DNA of 64,000 nucleotides, taken from positions 6,632 through 70,631 of the forward strand of contig DATFCZ010000123.1 of assembly GCA_035252605.1 (NCBI GenBank), given 5' to 3'. This document shows positions 36,561 to 46,712 of this stretch, piece after piece (position 1 is the first letter of the stretch; every line of letters begins with the position of its first letter). The position numbers were made by a program, and so were the translations under genes. Source of the DNA: Steroidobacteraceae bacterium (GTDB lineage: Bacteria > Pseudomonadota > Gammaproteobacteria > Steroidobacterales > Steroidobacteraceae). A model generated the notes under the pieces. It was not told the DNA's origin and made no database searches. It was given only the letters and a program-made list of their open reading frames with translations.

Positions 36561-37480
36561 GCCTGGGCGTGTTTGGCACCCGCCACGCGCAGGCCCTGCT
36601 CGGCTCTCTCGGGCGTCTGAAGCGCAATCCGCTCGCCACCGTGCTCACCTTGCTCGTCATCGCACTTGCGCTCGCGCTGCCGACGGCGCTCGGCCTTTTC
36701 GTCATCAACGCGCAGACCGCGACCGGCGGCTTCGGCCATGCCGTCGACATGTCGGTGTATCTGAAATCCGGCGTGCCGCTCGCCAAGGCGCAGCAGCTCG
36801 CGGCCAATGCCCGCGAGCGGCCCGGGATCGCGCAGGTGGTGGTGATTCCGGCGGATGAGGGGCTGAAGGAGTTTCGCAAGTACTCGGGGTTCGGTGCGGC
36901 GCTCGATGCGTTGCAATCCAATCCTCTGCCCAACGTGCTGCACGTGGTGCCGCGCCGCGGGGCGAGCAGCGCGGCCGACCTCGAGTCGCTGCGCCGCTAC
37001 TTTGCCGCCTGGCCGGAGGTCGATCTCGTGCAGCTCGATACCGAGTGGGTCCAGCGCTTCAACGCCATTCTTGCGGTGCTGCGGCGCCTCGTGCTCATCG
37101 CCGCCGTGCTGCTCGGGGCCGGAGTCCTCGCGGTGGTCGGCAACACCATCCGCCTGGAGATTCTCAACCGCCGGGCGGAGATCGAGGTGACGAAGCTGGT
37201 CGGCGGCTCGAATGCTTTCGTGCGCCGGCCGTTCCTCTACACGGGCCTCATCTACGGAGTCGCCGGGGCGGTGCTCGCCTGGGGGATCCTCGAGGCGGCG
37301 TTGCTGGTGCTCGATCAGCCGGTGGCGACACTGGCGCAGCTCTATGGCAGCCGCTACGCGCTGCAGGGCCCCTCGGGCCAGGTGCTCGCTGCGCTTTTCG
37401 GCGGCGGCATGGCACTCGGTTGGCTGGGGGCGTGGATTTCCGCCCACCGTCATCTGCGCAGCATCGAGCCGCGCGCGTAA
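36557..37480 (+). CDS. ftsX: Cell-division ABC permease-like protein
   Basis: 307 aa with a periplasmic domain between TM1 and TM2 and a C-terminal FtsX 3-TM bundle. Overlaps the ftsE stop. Confidence 0.85.
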   Translation: MSLGVFGTRHAQALLGSLGRLKRNPLATVLTLLVIALALALPTALGLFVINAQTATGGFGHAVDMSVYLKSGVPLAKAQQLAANARERPGIAQVVVIPADEGLKEFRKYSGFGAALDALQSNPLPNVLHVVPRRGASSAADLESLRRYFAAWPEVDLVQLDTEWVQRFNAILAVLRRLVLIAAVLLGAGVLAVVGNTIRLEILNRRAEIEVTKLVGGSNAFVRRPFLYTGLIYGVAGAVLAWGILEAALLVLDQPVATLAQLYGSRYALQGPSGQVLAALFGGGMALGWLGAWISAHRHLRSIEPRA

Positions 37481-37509
37481 TCGACCCGCCGGGCGGCCGG
37501 CGGTGGCGG

Positions 37510-37665
37510 CTACTTGATCTTGCTCTCTTTGTAAGCCACGTGTTTGCGCGCCACGGGGTCGAACTTGCGCACCTCGAGCTTATCGGGATGCAGGCGCTTG
37601 TTCTTCGTGGTCACGTAGAAGTGGCCGGTACCGGCCGAGGAGAGCAGCTTGACCTTCTCGCGCAT
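37510..37665 (-). CDS. rpmG: 50S ribosomal protein L33 (not in the supplied ORF track, under 60 aa)
   Basis: Hand translation of the minus strand gives [55 protein letters not shown] lies upstream, 10 nt downstream of rpmB. Confidence 0.9.
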   Translation of the reverse strand: MREKVKLLSSAGTGHFYVTTKNKRLHPDKLEVRKFDPVARKHVAYKESKIK

Positions 37666-37675
37666 GGGGGCTCCT

Positions 37676-37912
37676 TCAGATCTTCAGTCCCTGGGCACGA
37701 AGCTCGGCAACGACCTTGTCGATGCCTTTCTTCTCGATGGTGCGCATGCCGTGGGTGGACACACGCAGCGAGACCCAGCGCTTCTCGCCCTCCAGCCAGA
37801 ACCGCTGGGTGTGCAGGTTCGGCAGGAAGCGCCGGCGCTTCTTGTTATTCGCGTGGGAGACGCGGTTTCCGACGGCCGGCCCTTTGCCGGTGATCTCACA
37901 GACGCGCGACAT
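37676..37912 (-). CDS. rpmB: 50S ribosomal protein L28
   Basis: [33 protein letters not shown]... is canonical L28. Confidence 0.95.
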   Translation of the reverse strand: MSRVCEITGKGPAVGNRVSHANNKKRRRFLPNLHTQRFWLEGEKRWVSLRVSTHGMRTIEKKGIDKVVAELRAQGLKI

Positions 37913-38082
37913 ATGAATCGACCTTGAAATTCAGCTACTTGGATGCGGGGAGGCGTCGGCCACCTCGCGGGAGCCGAGCTTTATACCAGCCCCACGCATC
38001 CGGAACAAGCCTGGGGGACGGAGAACCATTCCCGCGATTCCCGGAACTTACGGAATCCTTAACGTCGCTAGGACGAGCCACC

Positions 38083-38838
38083 ATGAGCATCATCCGCCGC
38101 TTGATCTTAGCGCTCATCGGCGCCGGCGCTCTGGGCGCGCTGGGCGCCAACGCCGCAGTGCCGAGTAGGATCGCCGCCGCTGTCGCCAACCCCGCGCGAC
38201 CCGCAGCCGACGTGAAGCGCGACCGCGCGCGCAAGCCGGCCGCGGTGATCGCCTTCTCCGGGATGCGGCCCGGCTGGACGGTGGCCGACCTGATCCCGGC
38301 CACCGGCTACTACGACCGCATCTTTGCCGGCGTGGTCGGGCGCAAGGGACACGTCTACGGCTTCTACCCGACCGAGCTCACGAACTTCCTGAAGATCCGG
38401 CTACCTGCGAACGGCGGCACGCCGGATCCGAAATTCCCCAACTTCACCGCCGTGGTGGCGCCGGTGAACGACTTCGCCCTTCCGGCTCCGGCCGACCTCG
38501 TCTGGCTGTCCGACAACTATCACGATCTGCATGACCCGTTCTTCGCGCCGGCGGATGTCGCCAAGATCAACGCCGCCATCTTCAAGGCGCTGAAGCCCGG
38601 CGGCATCTATCTGATCGTCGACCACGCGGCCGCGGCAGGCTCGGGGCTTCGGGACACCAACACGCTGCACCGGATCGACGAGGCGACCGTCAAGTCCGAA
38701 GTCGAGGCCGCCGGCTTTCAGCTGGTGGGCGAAAGCAACGTGCTGCGCAACAAAGCCGACGATCGCCGCAAGAACATCTTCAATCCCTCGATCCGCGGCA
38801 GGACCGATCAGTTCGTGCTGCGGTTTCGCAAACCGTGA
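38083..38838 (+). CDS. Class I methyltransferase-fold protein with N-terminal signal peptide
   Basis: Start trimmed to ATG 38083 (MSIIRRLILALIGAGALGALGANAAVP). Motif-I-like VADLIPATGYY and GGIYLIVDH. Confidence 0.65.
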   Translation: MSIIRRLILALIGAGALGALGANAAVPSRIAAAVANPARPAADVKRDRARKPAAVIAFSGMRPGWTVADLIPATGYYDRIFAGVVGRKGHVYGFYPTELTNFLKIRLPANGGTPDPKFPNFTAVVAPVNDFALPAPADLVWLSDNYHDLHDPFFAPADVAKINAAIFKALKPGGIYLIVDHAAAAGSGLRDTNTLHRIDEATVKSEVEAAGFQLVGESNVLRNKADDRRKNIFNPSIRGRTDQFVLRFRKP

Positions 38839-38875
38839 CGCCGGCGGGGTGCGGGGTGCAGGCCGCGGGCATCCC

Positions 38876-39565
38876 CTACAGGAGGCCGTGCTCGGCGAAG
38901 GAATAGCACCGGCTGTCGCCGACGATGATGTGATCGACGATCCGCACGTCCATGAGGGCGAGCAGGTCCTTGAGGCGGCGAGTAATGAAGTCATCGGCGG
39001 GACTGGGCTCGAGGACGCCCGAGGGATGGTTGTGGGCCAGGATCACGGCGCTCGCGTTGTGCAGCAGCGCCTGACGCAGCACCTCACGCGGATGCACCTG
39101 CGCGCAGTCCACCGTGCCGCGGAAGAGCTCCTCGAAGGCAATCAGGCGATGGCGGTTGTCGAGGTAGAGGCAGCAGAAGACCTCGTACGGGCGGTCGCGC
39201 AGCTGCGCCTGTAGATAGCGGTGAGTCGCCTGGGGACTGGTGAGCGGCGAGCCGATGCGCAATTCCTCGAGCAGGTGGCGCCTGGCGAGCTCCACGGCAG
39301 CTTGCACCGCAGCGTAGCGCGCAAGGCCGATGCCCTTGCGCCGCCAGCGCGCCAGCGGCGCACTCAGCAGATCGCGCAGGCCGTTGAAGTCCTTCATCAG
39401 CGAGCGCGCCATGCCGACGGCTGAGCAGCCGGGAATGCCGGAGCCGAGGAGCAGGGCGAGGAGCTCCGCGTCGGAGAGGGCTCGGGCGCCGCGGTCGAGG
39501 AGCTTCTCGCGGGGGCGCTCGCTTTCCGGCCACTCCCGGATGGTGAGGGCGCTCGAACGTTCCAT
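38876..39565 (-). CDS. radC: RadC-family JAB/MPN domain protein
   Basis: Start trimmed to ATG 39565. HhH region (LSDAELLALLLGSG) and JAMM motif HNHPSG. Confidence 0.85.
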   Translation of the reverse strand: MERSSALTIREWPESERPREKLLDRGARALSDAELLALLLGSGIPGCSAVGMARSLMKDFNGLRDLLSAPLARWRRKGIGLARYAAVQAAVELARRHLLEELRIGSPLTSPQATHRYLQAQLRDRPYEVFCCLYLDNRHRLIAFEELFRGTVDCAQVHPREVLRQALLHNASAVILAHNHPSGVLEPSPADDFITRRLKDLLALMDVRIVDHIIVGDSRCYSFAEHGLL

Positions 39566-39760
39566 GGCGCTTCTGGCATGAGCTGATAACCGGACCTCAT
39601 GATGAGGGCCGCAGCGCGGCTGCGACCAGGGGGCAAAAGCCGGTGCTTTGCGCAGAAACAGCGCGATTCGCCGAGCCTCGCTGAGACCCGCCGCACGAAG
39701 GCTGAAGGTCGGCTGGGAAACTCGTTTGCCCGCGGGGAAGCGGCGCCGGATAATCCACCC

Positions 39761-40987
39761 ATGCAAGGCAAACGCGTCCTGCTCGGCGTGACCGGCGGTA
39801 TCGCCGCCTACAAGAGCGCGGATCTGGTACGGCGGCTCAGCGAGCGCGGCGCCGAGGTGCAGGTGGTCATGACCGCGGCGGCCCGCGAGTTCGTCGGGCC
39901 GCTCACGTTTCAGGCGCTGTCCGGCCGCCCGGTCCGCGCCGAGCTCTGGGACGCGGCGGCCGAGGCCGCGATGGGCCACATCGAGCTCGCGCGCTGGGCG
40001 GAGCTCGTGCTGGTGGCGCCCGCGAGCGCCGATTTCCTCGCGAGGTTGGCCGGCGGACACGCGAACGACCTGCTGGCGACGCTCTGCCTCGCGACCGCGG
40101 CGCCCATTGCCGTGGCGCCGGCCATGAATCGCGTGATGTGGGCGAACGCCGCCACCGCGGCAAATGTGGCAACGCTGCGCGAGCGCGGCGTCCACGTGCT
40201 CGGTCCCGCGGAGGGCGAGCAGGCCTGCGGTGAGGTCGGCGAGGGAAGGATGCTGGAGCCCATCGAGATCGCGGACCGGGCGGACATGCTGTTACCCCGA
40301 AGCGGACCCCTTCAGGGCCGGCGAGTGCTCATCACTGCCGGTCCCACGCGCGAGCGCATCGATCCGGTGCGCTTCATCAGCAACCGCAGCTCGGGAAAGA
40401 TGGGCTTTGCGGTTGCACAGGCCGCGCGCGAGGCGGGGGCGGAGGTCGTTCTCGTCGCCGGCCCCGTCAGCCTGCCGACACCCTCCGGCGTGCGGCGGGT
40501 GGATGTCGAGAGCGCCGAGAGCATGTTGGCCGCGGTGCTGCGGGAGGTCGGCGAGGCGGACCTCTTCATCTCGACGGCGGCGGTGGCTGACTATCGTCCC
40601 GCCAATCCTCACGGTCAGAAGATCAAGAAGACCGCCAACACGCTCGAGCTCAACATGGAGCGCACGCCCGACGTGCTCGCGACCGTGGCAGCCCGTCCCG
40701 AGCGGCCGTTCGTGGTGGGCTTTGCCGCGGAGACGGAGTCGGTCGAGCAGAACGCGCGCGCCAAGCTGCTGAAGAAGAATCTCGACATGATCGCGGCCAA
40801 TGAGGTGGGCGACAGCAAGGTCTTCGAGTGCGAGGACAACCATCTGATCGTCCTGTGGCGCAACGCCCGCCGCGACCTCGGTCGCGGCTCCAAGCTCTCG
40901 CTCGCTCGAGAGCTCATCCGCCTGATTGCGGAAACCTACACCGCGAGCCTCTCCGGGGCGGCCCAACGCGATACGGCACAGGCGTGA
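39761..40987 (+). CDS. coaBC: Bifunctional phosphopantothenoylcysteine decarboxylase / phosphopantothenate-cysteine ligase
   Basis: Start trimmed to ATG 39761. [10 protein letters not shown] flavoprotein motif and [10 protein letters not shown] ligase motif. Confidence 0.9.
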   Translation: MQGKRVLLGVTGGIAAYKSADLVRRLSERGAEVQVVMTAAAREFVGPLTFQALSGRPVRAELWDAAAEAAMGHIELARWAELVLVAPASADFLARLAGGHANDLLATLCLATAAPIAVAPAMNRVMWANAATAANVATLRERGVHVLGPAEGEQACGEVGEGRMLEPIEIADRADMLLPRSGPLQGRRVLITAGPTRERIDPVRFISNRSSGKMGFAVAQAAREAGAEVVLVAGPVSLPTPSGVRRVDVESAESMLAAVLREVGEADLFISTAAVADYRPANPHGQKIKKTANTLELNMERTPDVLATVAARPERPFVVGFAAETESVEQNARAKLLKKNLDMIAANEVGDSKVFECEDNHLIVLWRNARRDLGRGSKLSLARELIRLIAETYTASLSGAAQRDTAQA

Positions 40988-41463
40988 GCGCTGCCCCAGC
41001 GCCCGAGCGGCGGCCGCTCAAAGTGAGGATCCTCGACCGACGTATCGGCACCGAGTTTCCGCTGCCGGCTTATGCGACGCGCGGCTCGGCGGGGCTCGAT
41101 CTGCGCGCCTGCCTGGATGCGCCGCTCGCGCTCGAGCCCGGCAGCGCCGAGCTCATTCCGACCGGCCTCGCCATCCATCTGGAGGACCCGGGCCTCGCCG
41201 CGGTCATCCTGCCGCGCTCCGGCCTCGGCCACAAGCACGGGGTGGTGTTAGGCAACCTGGTGGGTCTCATCGACTCCGACTACCAGGGCCAGCTCATGGT
41301 CTCCTGCTGGAACCGCTCGCGCGCGCCCTTCACCGTCCGTCCTGGCGAGCGGATCGCGCAGCTCGTCGTCGTCCCCGTCATCCAGGTGGCCCTCGAGGTC
41401 GTGGAGTCGTTCGAGGACAGTGCCCGCGGCGCGGGCGGATTTGGCCACTCCGGCCGGGACTAA
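40984..41463 (+). CDS. dut: dUTP diphosphatase
   Basis: GTG 40984 forms a GTGA overlap with the coaBC stop. Motifs [24 protein letters not shown] and [10 protein letters not shown]. Confidence 0.9.
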   Translation: MSAAPAPERRPLKVRILDRRIGTEFPLPAYATRGSAGLDLRACLDAPLALEPGSAELIPTGLAIHLEDPGLAAVILPRSGLGHKHGVVLGNLVGLIDSDYQGQLMVSCWNRSRAPFTVRPGERIAQLVVVPVIQVALEVVESFEDSARGAGGFGHSGRD

Positions 41464-41481
41464 CCGGGCGCTGCCGGCGGA

Positions 41482-41709
41482 TCAGTGGCAGTGCGGGTCG
41501 TCGCGATCGCGGCACTGGTGCCAGGAGTGATCATGATAGTACCGGTCGTGGTCCCGATCGTAGTAGCCTTCGCGGTACTGGTCGTGGTACCCGCCGTCGT
41601 CGCGATACCCGCCGTCGTCGTGATCGTGGGGAACCCAGACACAGCTTGCAAGGAGCGTGATCAGGCTCAGGAGACAACTGAGCCGGGTGATGCTGCTGGT
41701 GGCTGACAT
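41482..41709 (-). CDS. Small His/Asp/Tyr-rich lipoprotein (hypothetical)
   Basis: 75 aa from ATG 41709. Signal peptide with lipobox LLASC. The mature part, VWVPHDHDDGGYRDDGGYHDQYREGYYDRDHDRYYHDHSWHQCRDRDDPHCH, has a duplicated DDGGY unit. Confidence 0.55.
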   Translation of the reverse strand: MSATSSITRLSCLLSLITLLASCVWVPHDHDDGGYRDDGGYHDQYREGYYDRDHDRYYHDHSWHQCRDRDDPHCH

Positions 41710-41784
41710 GGCAAACCTACGGGCTGATGTACGCACAGGCACCAATCGCAAGGCTCATGCCCGAGGGGGCCGAGGAGATCGATC

Positions 41785-42342
41785 GTGACCGAGAGCATCG
41801 ACGTGGTAGGCATCGTGGGGAGCTTGCGACGGCAGTCCTTCTCCCGTCGCCTCGCTTTGGCGCTCACCTCGGTGGCGCCCGAGGCGCTGAAGGTGGAGCT
41901 GGTGCCCATCGGCGCCCTTGCGCTTTATAACCAGGACGAGGATACCGAGCCGCCCGCGCCCTGGCGCGAGTTCCGCGAGCGGGTGCGCCGCGCGGATGCG
42001 GTCCTTTTCGTGACGCCCGAGTACAACCGCTCCATCCCCGGAGCGCTGAAGAACGCCATCGACGTAGGCTCCCGTCCTTACGGCAAGAGCGCCTGGAACG
42101 GCAAGCCGTGCGCCATCGTCAGCTGCTCACCGGGCGCGCAAGGGGCCTTCGGCGCCAACCATCACCTGCGCCAGTGCCTGGTATTCCTCAACATGCCGGT
42201 CATGCAGCAGCCGGAGGCCTACATTGGCGGTGTCGACAAGCTCGTGGACGAGCAGGGGAGCTTCACCAACCCCTCCACCCGGGATTTCTGCGGCGGCGTG
42301 ATGGCGAGCTTCGAGCGCTGGATCGTGCGCAACATCCGCTAG
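41785..42342 (+). CDS. NADPH-dependent FMN reductase family oxidoreductase
   Basis: GTG start with GAGGAG upstream. Motifs GSLRRQSFSRRLA and LFVTPEYNRSIPGALKNAID. Confidence 0.8.
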   Translation: MTESIDVVGIVGSLRRQSFSRRLALALTSVAPEALKVELVPIGALALYNQDEDTEPPAPWREFRERVRRADAVLFVTPEYNRSIPGALKNAIDVGSRPYGKSAWNGKPCAIVSCSPGAQGAFGANHHLRQCLVFLNMPVMQQPEAYIGGVDKLVDEQGSFTNPSTRDFCGGVMASFERWIVRNIR

Positions 42343-42384
42343 GAAGCCGCCCAGCGCCGCGGCCTCAGGAGCCCGGCGTTCGAA

Positions 42385-43068
42385 CTAACTTCGAGCGGCG
42401 AGAAAGACCGAGGACCGCAGCCATCTGAGATCGGGATAGTATCCGACCAGAACGGTATTGCCGCGGATGAGCTTCACGATCGCGCTCTCCACCTGGGGGC
42501 TGAGGGCGAGGCAACCCCAACTTCGGCCCATCCAGCCGTGGCCCTGCGCAAAGCTCTTGCTGACATACCAGGCGCTGTGGATGACGATGTCGCGACGGTA
42601 CGCCGTGTCGTTGAATCTAGGCTCCAGTCCCTGGAGCCGCAACGAAAGCCCGTGCTCGCCGTAGTAAGTCTGACCGGTCAGATACACGCCCAGGCTGCTC
42701 GCATCCGTCCCGGGTGTGTTGGAGAAATGGGTGGCGTACTTGAGACCGCTCCCCTTGCCGTGCGCCACGTAGGTGTAGAAGAGCACCTTGCCGCTCTGGA
42801 CATCGGCCACCGCCAGGCGCCGCTTGTCGGACGGCTGCGAGTAATCGACGATCGTGACGAGGGGCTTGTCGGTCAGATGCTCCTGCCTCGCATGCCGGTA
42901 GGCGCTGATCGCGGTCGAGATGGCGCCGGTGCTGATGTTGGGAGCCTGCGCATGGATCATTTCGACGAGGTGCCCCGAGTCCTGCTGCGCGCGCATGCCG
43001 GCGTGAGCCGAGACTGCGATGAGCAAGGCGGCGAGGGTCGCCCATCGGGCTGCAATGGGAGCCCTCAT
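42385..43068 (-). CDS. L,D-transpeptidase catalytic-domain family protein (YkuD_2-like), exported
   Basis: Start trimmed to ATG 43068, giving the signal peptide MRAPIAARWATLAALLIAVSAHA. Active-site context HS...GRSWGCLAL. Confidence 0.65.
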   Translation of the reverse strand: MRAPIAARWATLAALLIAVSAHAGMRAQQDSGHLVEMIHAQAPNISTGAISTAISAYRHARQEHLTDKPLVTIVDYSQPSDKRRLAVADVQSGKVLFYTYVAHGKGSGLKYATHFSNTPGTDASSLGVYLTGQTYYGEHGLSLRLQGLEPRFNDTAYRRDIVIHSAWYVSKSFAQGHGWMGRSWGCLALSPQVESAIVKLIRGNTVLVGYYPDLRWLRSSVFLAARS

Positions 43069-43292
43069 CGGCGGCAGTCCTTGCGCCGCGGAGAGTCGCT
43101 GGTTTTCGGCTGAGTCGAGCTCGGTCATGGTTCACCCAACAAGAGAGTGCATTGTGGCCGTGGCTTGCGGGTTGGCGCAAGGCGACCACGTCTCATCGCA
43201 TTAAGTCCCTGGTTGGCAAGGTCTTTTCGTCCTAGAATTCCGCGCTTCACACGCCAGCTTGCGATGGCGCACGTAAGAGAGATGCCAACGAG

Positions 43293-46200
43293 ATGAACGC
43301 CAACCCTTTCGCGAAGCTGCTTGTCGTGCTTTCCCTGCCGGCGATGGTCGCCCTGCCGCCGGCCGCCGCCGCCCGGGACGTCGCCGCCAAAGATCTTCAA
43401 TCCATGCGATTCCGTCTCATCGGCCCGGACCGCGGCAACCGCGCGAGCGCGGTGGTCGGCGATCCCGGAGACCCGAACGTCTACTATGTCGGCGCCGCAT
43501 CGGGTGGTGTCTGGAAATCGACCGATGGAGGCAACGACTTCAAACCGGTTTTCGACAAGGAGCCGGTGCAATCGATCGGCGCTTTGGCGATAGACCCGAG
43601 CAATCACTCGGTGCTCTGGGTCGGCACGGGAGAGTCCTGGGTCATCCGCAATGGCATCACCCCGGGCGATGGAGTCTACAAATCCACCGACGCCGGCCGC
43701 TCCTGGACTCACGAGGGTTTGACGGACACGGGGCTCATTGCCCGCATCGTGGTCAACCCGAAGGATTCACAAAATATCTTCGTCTGTGCCATGGGGACCG
43801 GTACGACAAGCGAAAAATCGCGCGGTGTGTGGCGCACCGACGATGGCGGCAAAACCTGGAAACACGTGCTGTTCGTCAACGGCGATACCGGCTGTTCCGG
43901 GCTGGCGATGGATCCGCAGGATCCGCACATTCTGTTCGCCGGCATGTGGCAGTGGAAGATTCGCCCCTGGGCCATGACCAGCGGCGGACCCGCGAGCGGC
44001 ATCTACGCCTCGCATGACGGTGGGGCCACCTGGAAGGAAATCAAGGACCACGGCTTGCCTCATCCTCCCGTGGGCAAGATAGACGTGGCTATCGCGCCTT
44101 CGGCCCCCAAGCGCGTCTATGCCCTCATCGAGACGAGCCAACAGGGATCCCTGTGGCGCTCCGATGACGGCGGCAAGCACTGGCACGTCGATAGCTACAG
44201 CCGATTGCTCACGGAGCGCGCCGGCTACAGCGTACGGCTCGCCGTGTCTCCGAGCGACGAAGACAAGGTGTACGTCGCGAGCAACGGCTTCTACGTGTCC
44301 GGTGACGGCGGCAAGACCTTCCGGGAAGTTCACTGGGGGGGTGACAACCACGATATCTGGATCGATCCGCAGAACTCGAACCGAATGATGATCAGCGATG
44401 ACGGTGGGGTGGAAATCAGCACGACGGCTGGCCGGCACTGGAATCATGTGTCGCTGCCCATCGGTCAGCTATATCACGTCGCCGTCGACAACCAGGTGCC
44501 ATACTGGGTGTACCTCAACATGCAGGACGATGATGCCGAAAGGGGTCCCGCCTATCCTGAAGCGACTCCCATGCTGGGCGGCGTCGGCGGCCCGATGTAC
44601 TCCGGGCACTTCAGCCGCGGCTGGCAGGAGCCGCTCGGCGGCTGCGAGTCGGGATTCACCTACCCGGATCCGACCGACCCCGACATCATCTGGAGCTCGT
44701 GTTATGGCGATGAGGTCACCCGCCTCGACACCAAGGTGGGTTATCCGCGGGCGGTAAGCCCGTGGCCGATGCATTCGGTCGATTCGCCGCCCGAGGACCT
44801 CAAGTACCGCTGCCACTGGACGCCGCCCCTGGCGATCGATCCGTTCGATCACAACACGGTCTACTACGGCTGCCAGGTGATTTTCAAGACCAACGACGGC
44901 GGCCAGAGCTGGACGGTGATCAGCCCCGATCTCTCGACACACGATCCCAAATATCTCGTGCCATCGGGCGGCATCCCGGAGAAGGGGCAGCTGCGGCGGC
45001 AGGACAACCTGGGGCAGTTCTATGGCGAGGTCGTGTTCGCGATCGCGCCCTCATCGGCGCAGCAGGGCCTCATCTGGGCGGGCACCAACGACGGGCAGGT
45101 CTGGTTGACGCGCGATGGCGGCGGCAGCTGGAGCAACGTGACGAAGAACATCCCCGGTTTACCGCCCCTCGGCACGGTCAGCCGTATAGAACCCTCGCAC
45201 TTCGACCCCGGGACCGCGTATCTCGCGGTGGACCTTGCCCTCACGGGCGACAGCAAGCCCTACATCTACAAGACCACGAATTTCGGACGCAGCTGGAAGC
45301 TCACCGTGCACGGCATCCCGGTCAGCCGCACGAGCAATGTGAGCTCGGTGGCCGAAGACCCTTACAACGGCAATCTGCTCTTCGCCGGTACCGGCAACGC
45401 CCTCTATGTCTCGCTCGATGCGGGTCGCGACTGGATGCCGTTGCAGGCGGATCTGCCGCATGCGCCCGTCTCGTGGGAAACGGTGCAGAAGCAATTCCAC
45501 GATCTCGTGGTTTCGACCTATGGGCGCGGCATCTACGTATTGGAGGACATCACGCCGCTCGAGCAACTGGCCAACGGCAGTCCCGAAGCACCGGCCCGGG
45601 TTTTCGAGGCGCGGCCGGCGTATCGGTTCTTCCACGGCGGCCAAGCGTTCGTTGATTTTTGGCTGAGCTCGGTGCCCAAGGTCAAGGAGACGGCGAAGGA
45701 CGAGGACGACAGCAACAGCCAGGATGCCGGCAACGATAAAGAGAGCGCCGAGGAGAAGGCGGAGAAGGAGAAGGCGACGGCCGGCATCAAGGTCGCCATA
45801 CTCGACTCCGAGGGACACGTGGTGCGCAAGCTCAAGCTCATCGCGGAGAAGAAACCGGGGCTCAACCCGAAGTATGAGGACGGAGTATGGAAGCACGACC
45901 CCGACGCGCACGTGCATCCCGGCATCAACCGGGTCTTCTGGGATCTGCGCTATGCGCCGCCGAAGCTGATCAAGCTGCGCACCACGCCCGCGACCAACCC
46001 GCATGTCTGGAACGATCTGCGCTTCCTCGGCAAGGATTCACGGCCGATCACCCACTGGGGCATCGAGGAGGCGGAAGTCGGGCCGCTGGTCGCGCCGGGC
46101 ACGTATACGGTGCGCCTGACAGTGGCTGGCAAGACCTACAGTGAGTCATTGCGGGTCGTAGCGAATCCCCGCTCGCCGGCAACGCCCGAGCAGACCGCGG

Positions 46201-46712
46201 CCAGAGTGAAGATGCTGGTTCACATCCGAGACGATATCTCCGCCGTGACCGCCATGGTCAACCAGTCGGAGTGGCTGCGCAAACAGCTGCAGACCGTGGA
46301 GGCGATGCTGAAATCCGACAAGAAGTCACATCATCCGAAGACGCTGCAGTCGATCAAGGACATGGACAAGAAAATCGAGAGTCTGGAGAACAAGCTCCTA
46401 TCTCCGGCGCTCGCCAACAGCGATGAGAAGAGCTACCTCGCCAAGTACGGCCTGTACCTGCACCTGATCTGGCTCAACGGCGAGCTCGGTACCGGCGCGG
46501 GCGATGTATACGGCGATCCGGGCTATCCGCCGACGGATGCTACGGTACAGGTGTTGCACCTCCTCGATGCGCAGTTGGATGCCGCCAAAGCGCAGTATCA
46601 CACTCTCATGCAGCAGGATCTGCCGCAGTTCGATCAGATGCTGATCCACGACAACATCTTTCCGCTGGTGGCGCGGGCCGCCGCTGACCCCCATGGCTCG
46701 CCGCAGCAGTGA
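43293..46712 (+). CDS. Exported BNR/Asp-box repeat protein (sortilin/VPS10-like double beta-propeller)
   Basis: 1139 aa with a signal peptide. At least 10 Asp-box SxDxGxTW-type motifs (STDGGNDF, STDAGRSW, TDDGGKTW, SHDGGATW, SDDGGKHW, SGDGGKTF, TNDGGQSW, TRDGGGSW, SLDAGRDW). Confidence 0.8.
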   Translation: MNANPFAKLLVVLSLPAMVALPPAAAARDVAAKDLQSMRFRLIGPDRGNRASAVVGDPGDPNVYYVGAASGGVWKSTDGGNDFKPVFDKEPVQSIGALAIDPSNHSVLWVGTGESWVIRNGITPGDGVYKSTDAGRSWTHEGLTDTGLIARIVVNPKDSQNIFVCAMGTGTTSEKSRGVWRTDDGGKTWKHVLFVNGDTGCSGLAMDPQDPHILFAGMWQWKIRPWAMTSGGPASGIYASHDGGATWKEIKDHGLPHPPVGKIDVAIAPSAPKRVYALIETSQQGSLWRSDDGGKHWHVDSYSRLLTERAGYSVRLAVSPSDEDKVYVASNGFYVSGDGGKTFREVHWGGDNHDIWIDPQNSNRMMISDDGGVEISTTAGRHWNHVSLPIGQLYHVAVDNQVPYWVYLNMQDDDAERGPAYPEATPMLGGVGGPMYSGHFSRGWQEPLGGCESGFTYPDPTDPDIIWSSCYGDEVTRLDTKVGYPRAVSPWPMHSVDSPPEDLKYRCHWTPPLAIDPFDHNTVYYGCQVIFKTNDGGQSWTVISPDLSTHDPKYLVPSGGIPEKGQLRRQDNLGQFYGEVVFAIAPSSAQQGLIWAGTNDGQVWLTRDGGGSWSNVTKNIPGLPPLGTVSRIEPSHFDPGTAYLAVDLALTGDSKPYIYKTTNFGRSWKLTVHGIPVSRTSNVSSVAEDPYNGNLLFAGTGNALYVSLDAGRDWMPLQADLPHAPVSWETVQKQFHDLVVSTYGRGIYVLEDITPLEQLANGSPEAPARVFEARPAYRFFHGGQAFVDFWLSSVPKVKETAKDEDDSNSQDAGNDKESAEEKAEKEKATAGIKVAILDSEGHVVRKLKLIAEKKPGLNPKYEDGVWKHDPDAHVHPGINRVFWDLRYAPPKLIKLRTTPATNPHVWNDLRFLGKDSRPITHWGIEEAEVGPLVAPGTYTVRLTVAGKTYSESLRVVANPRSPATPEQTAARVKMLVHIRDDISAVTAMVNQSEWLRKQLQTVEAMLKSDKKSHHPKTLQSIKDMDKKIESLENKLLSPALANSDEKSYLAKYGLYLHLIWLNGELGTGAGDVYGDPGYPPTDATVQVLHLLDAQLDAAKAQYHTLMQQDLPQFDQMLIHDNIFPLVARAAADPHGSPQQ

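Noticed and set aside
39566-40195. Upstream extension of the radC ORF to 439 aa
   Set aside because: The extension is antisense to coaBC and R/G-rich. The RadC family begins at MERSSALTIREWPESERPREKLL (ATG 39565).
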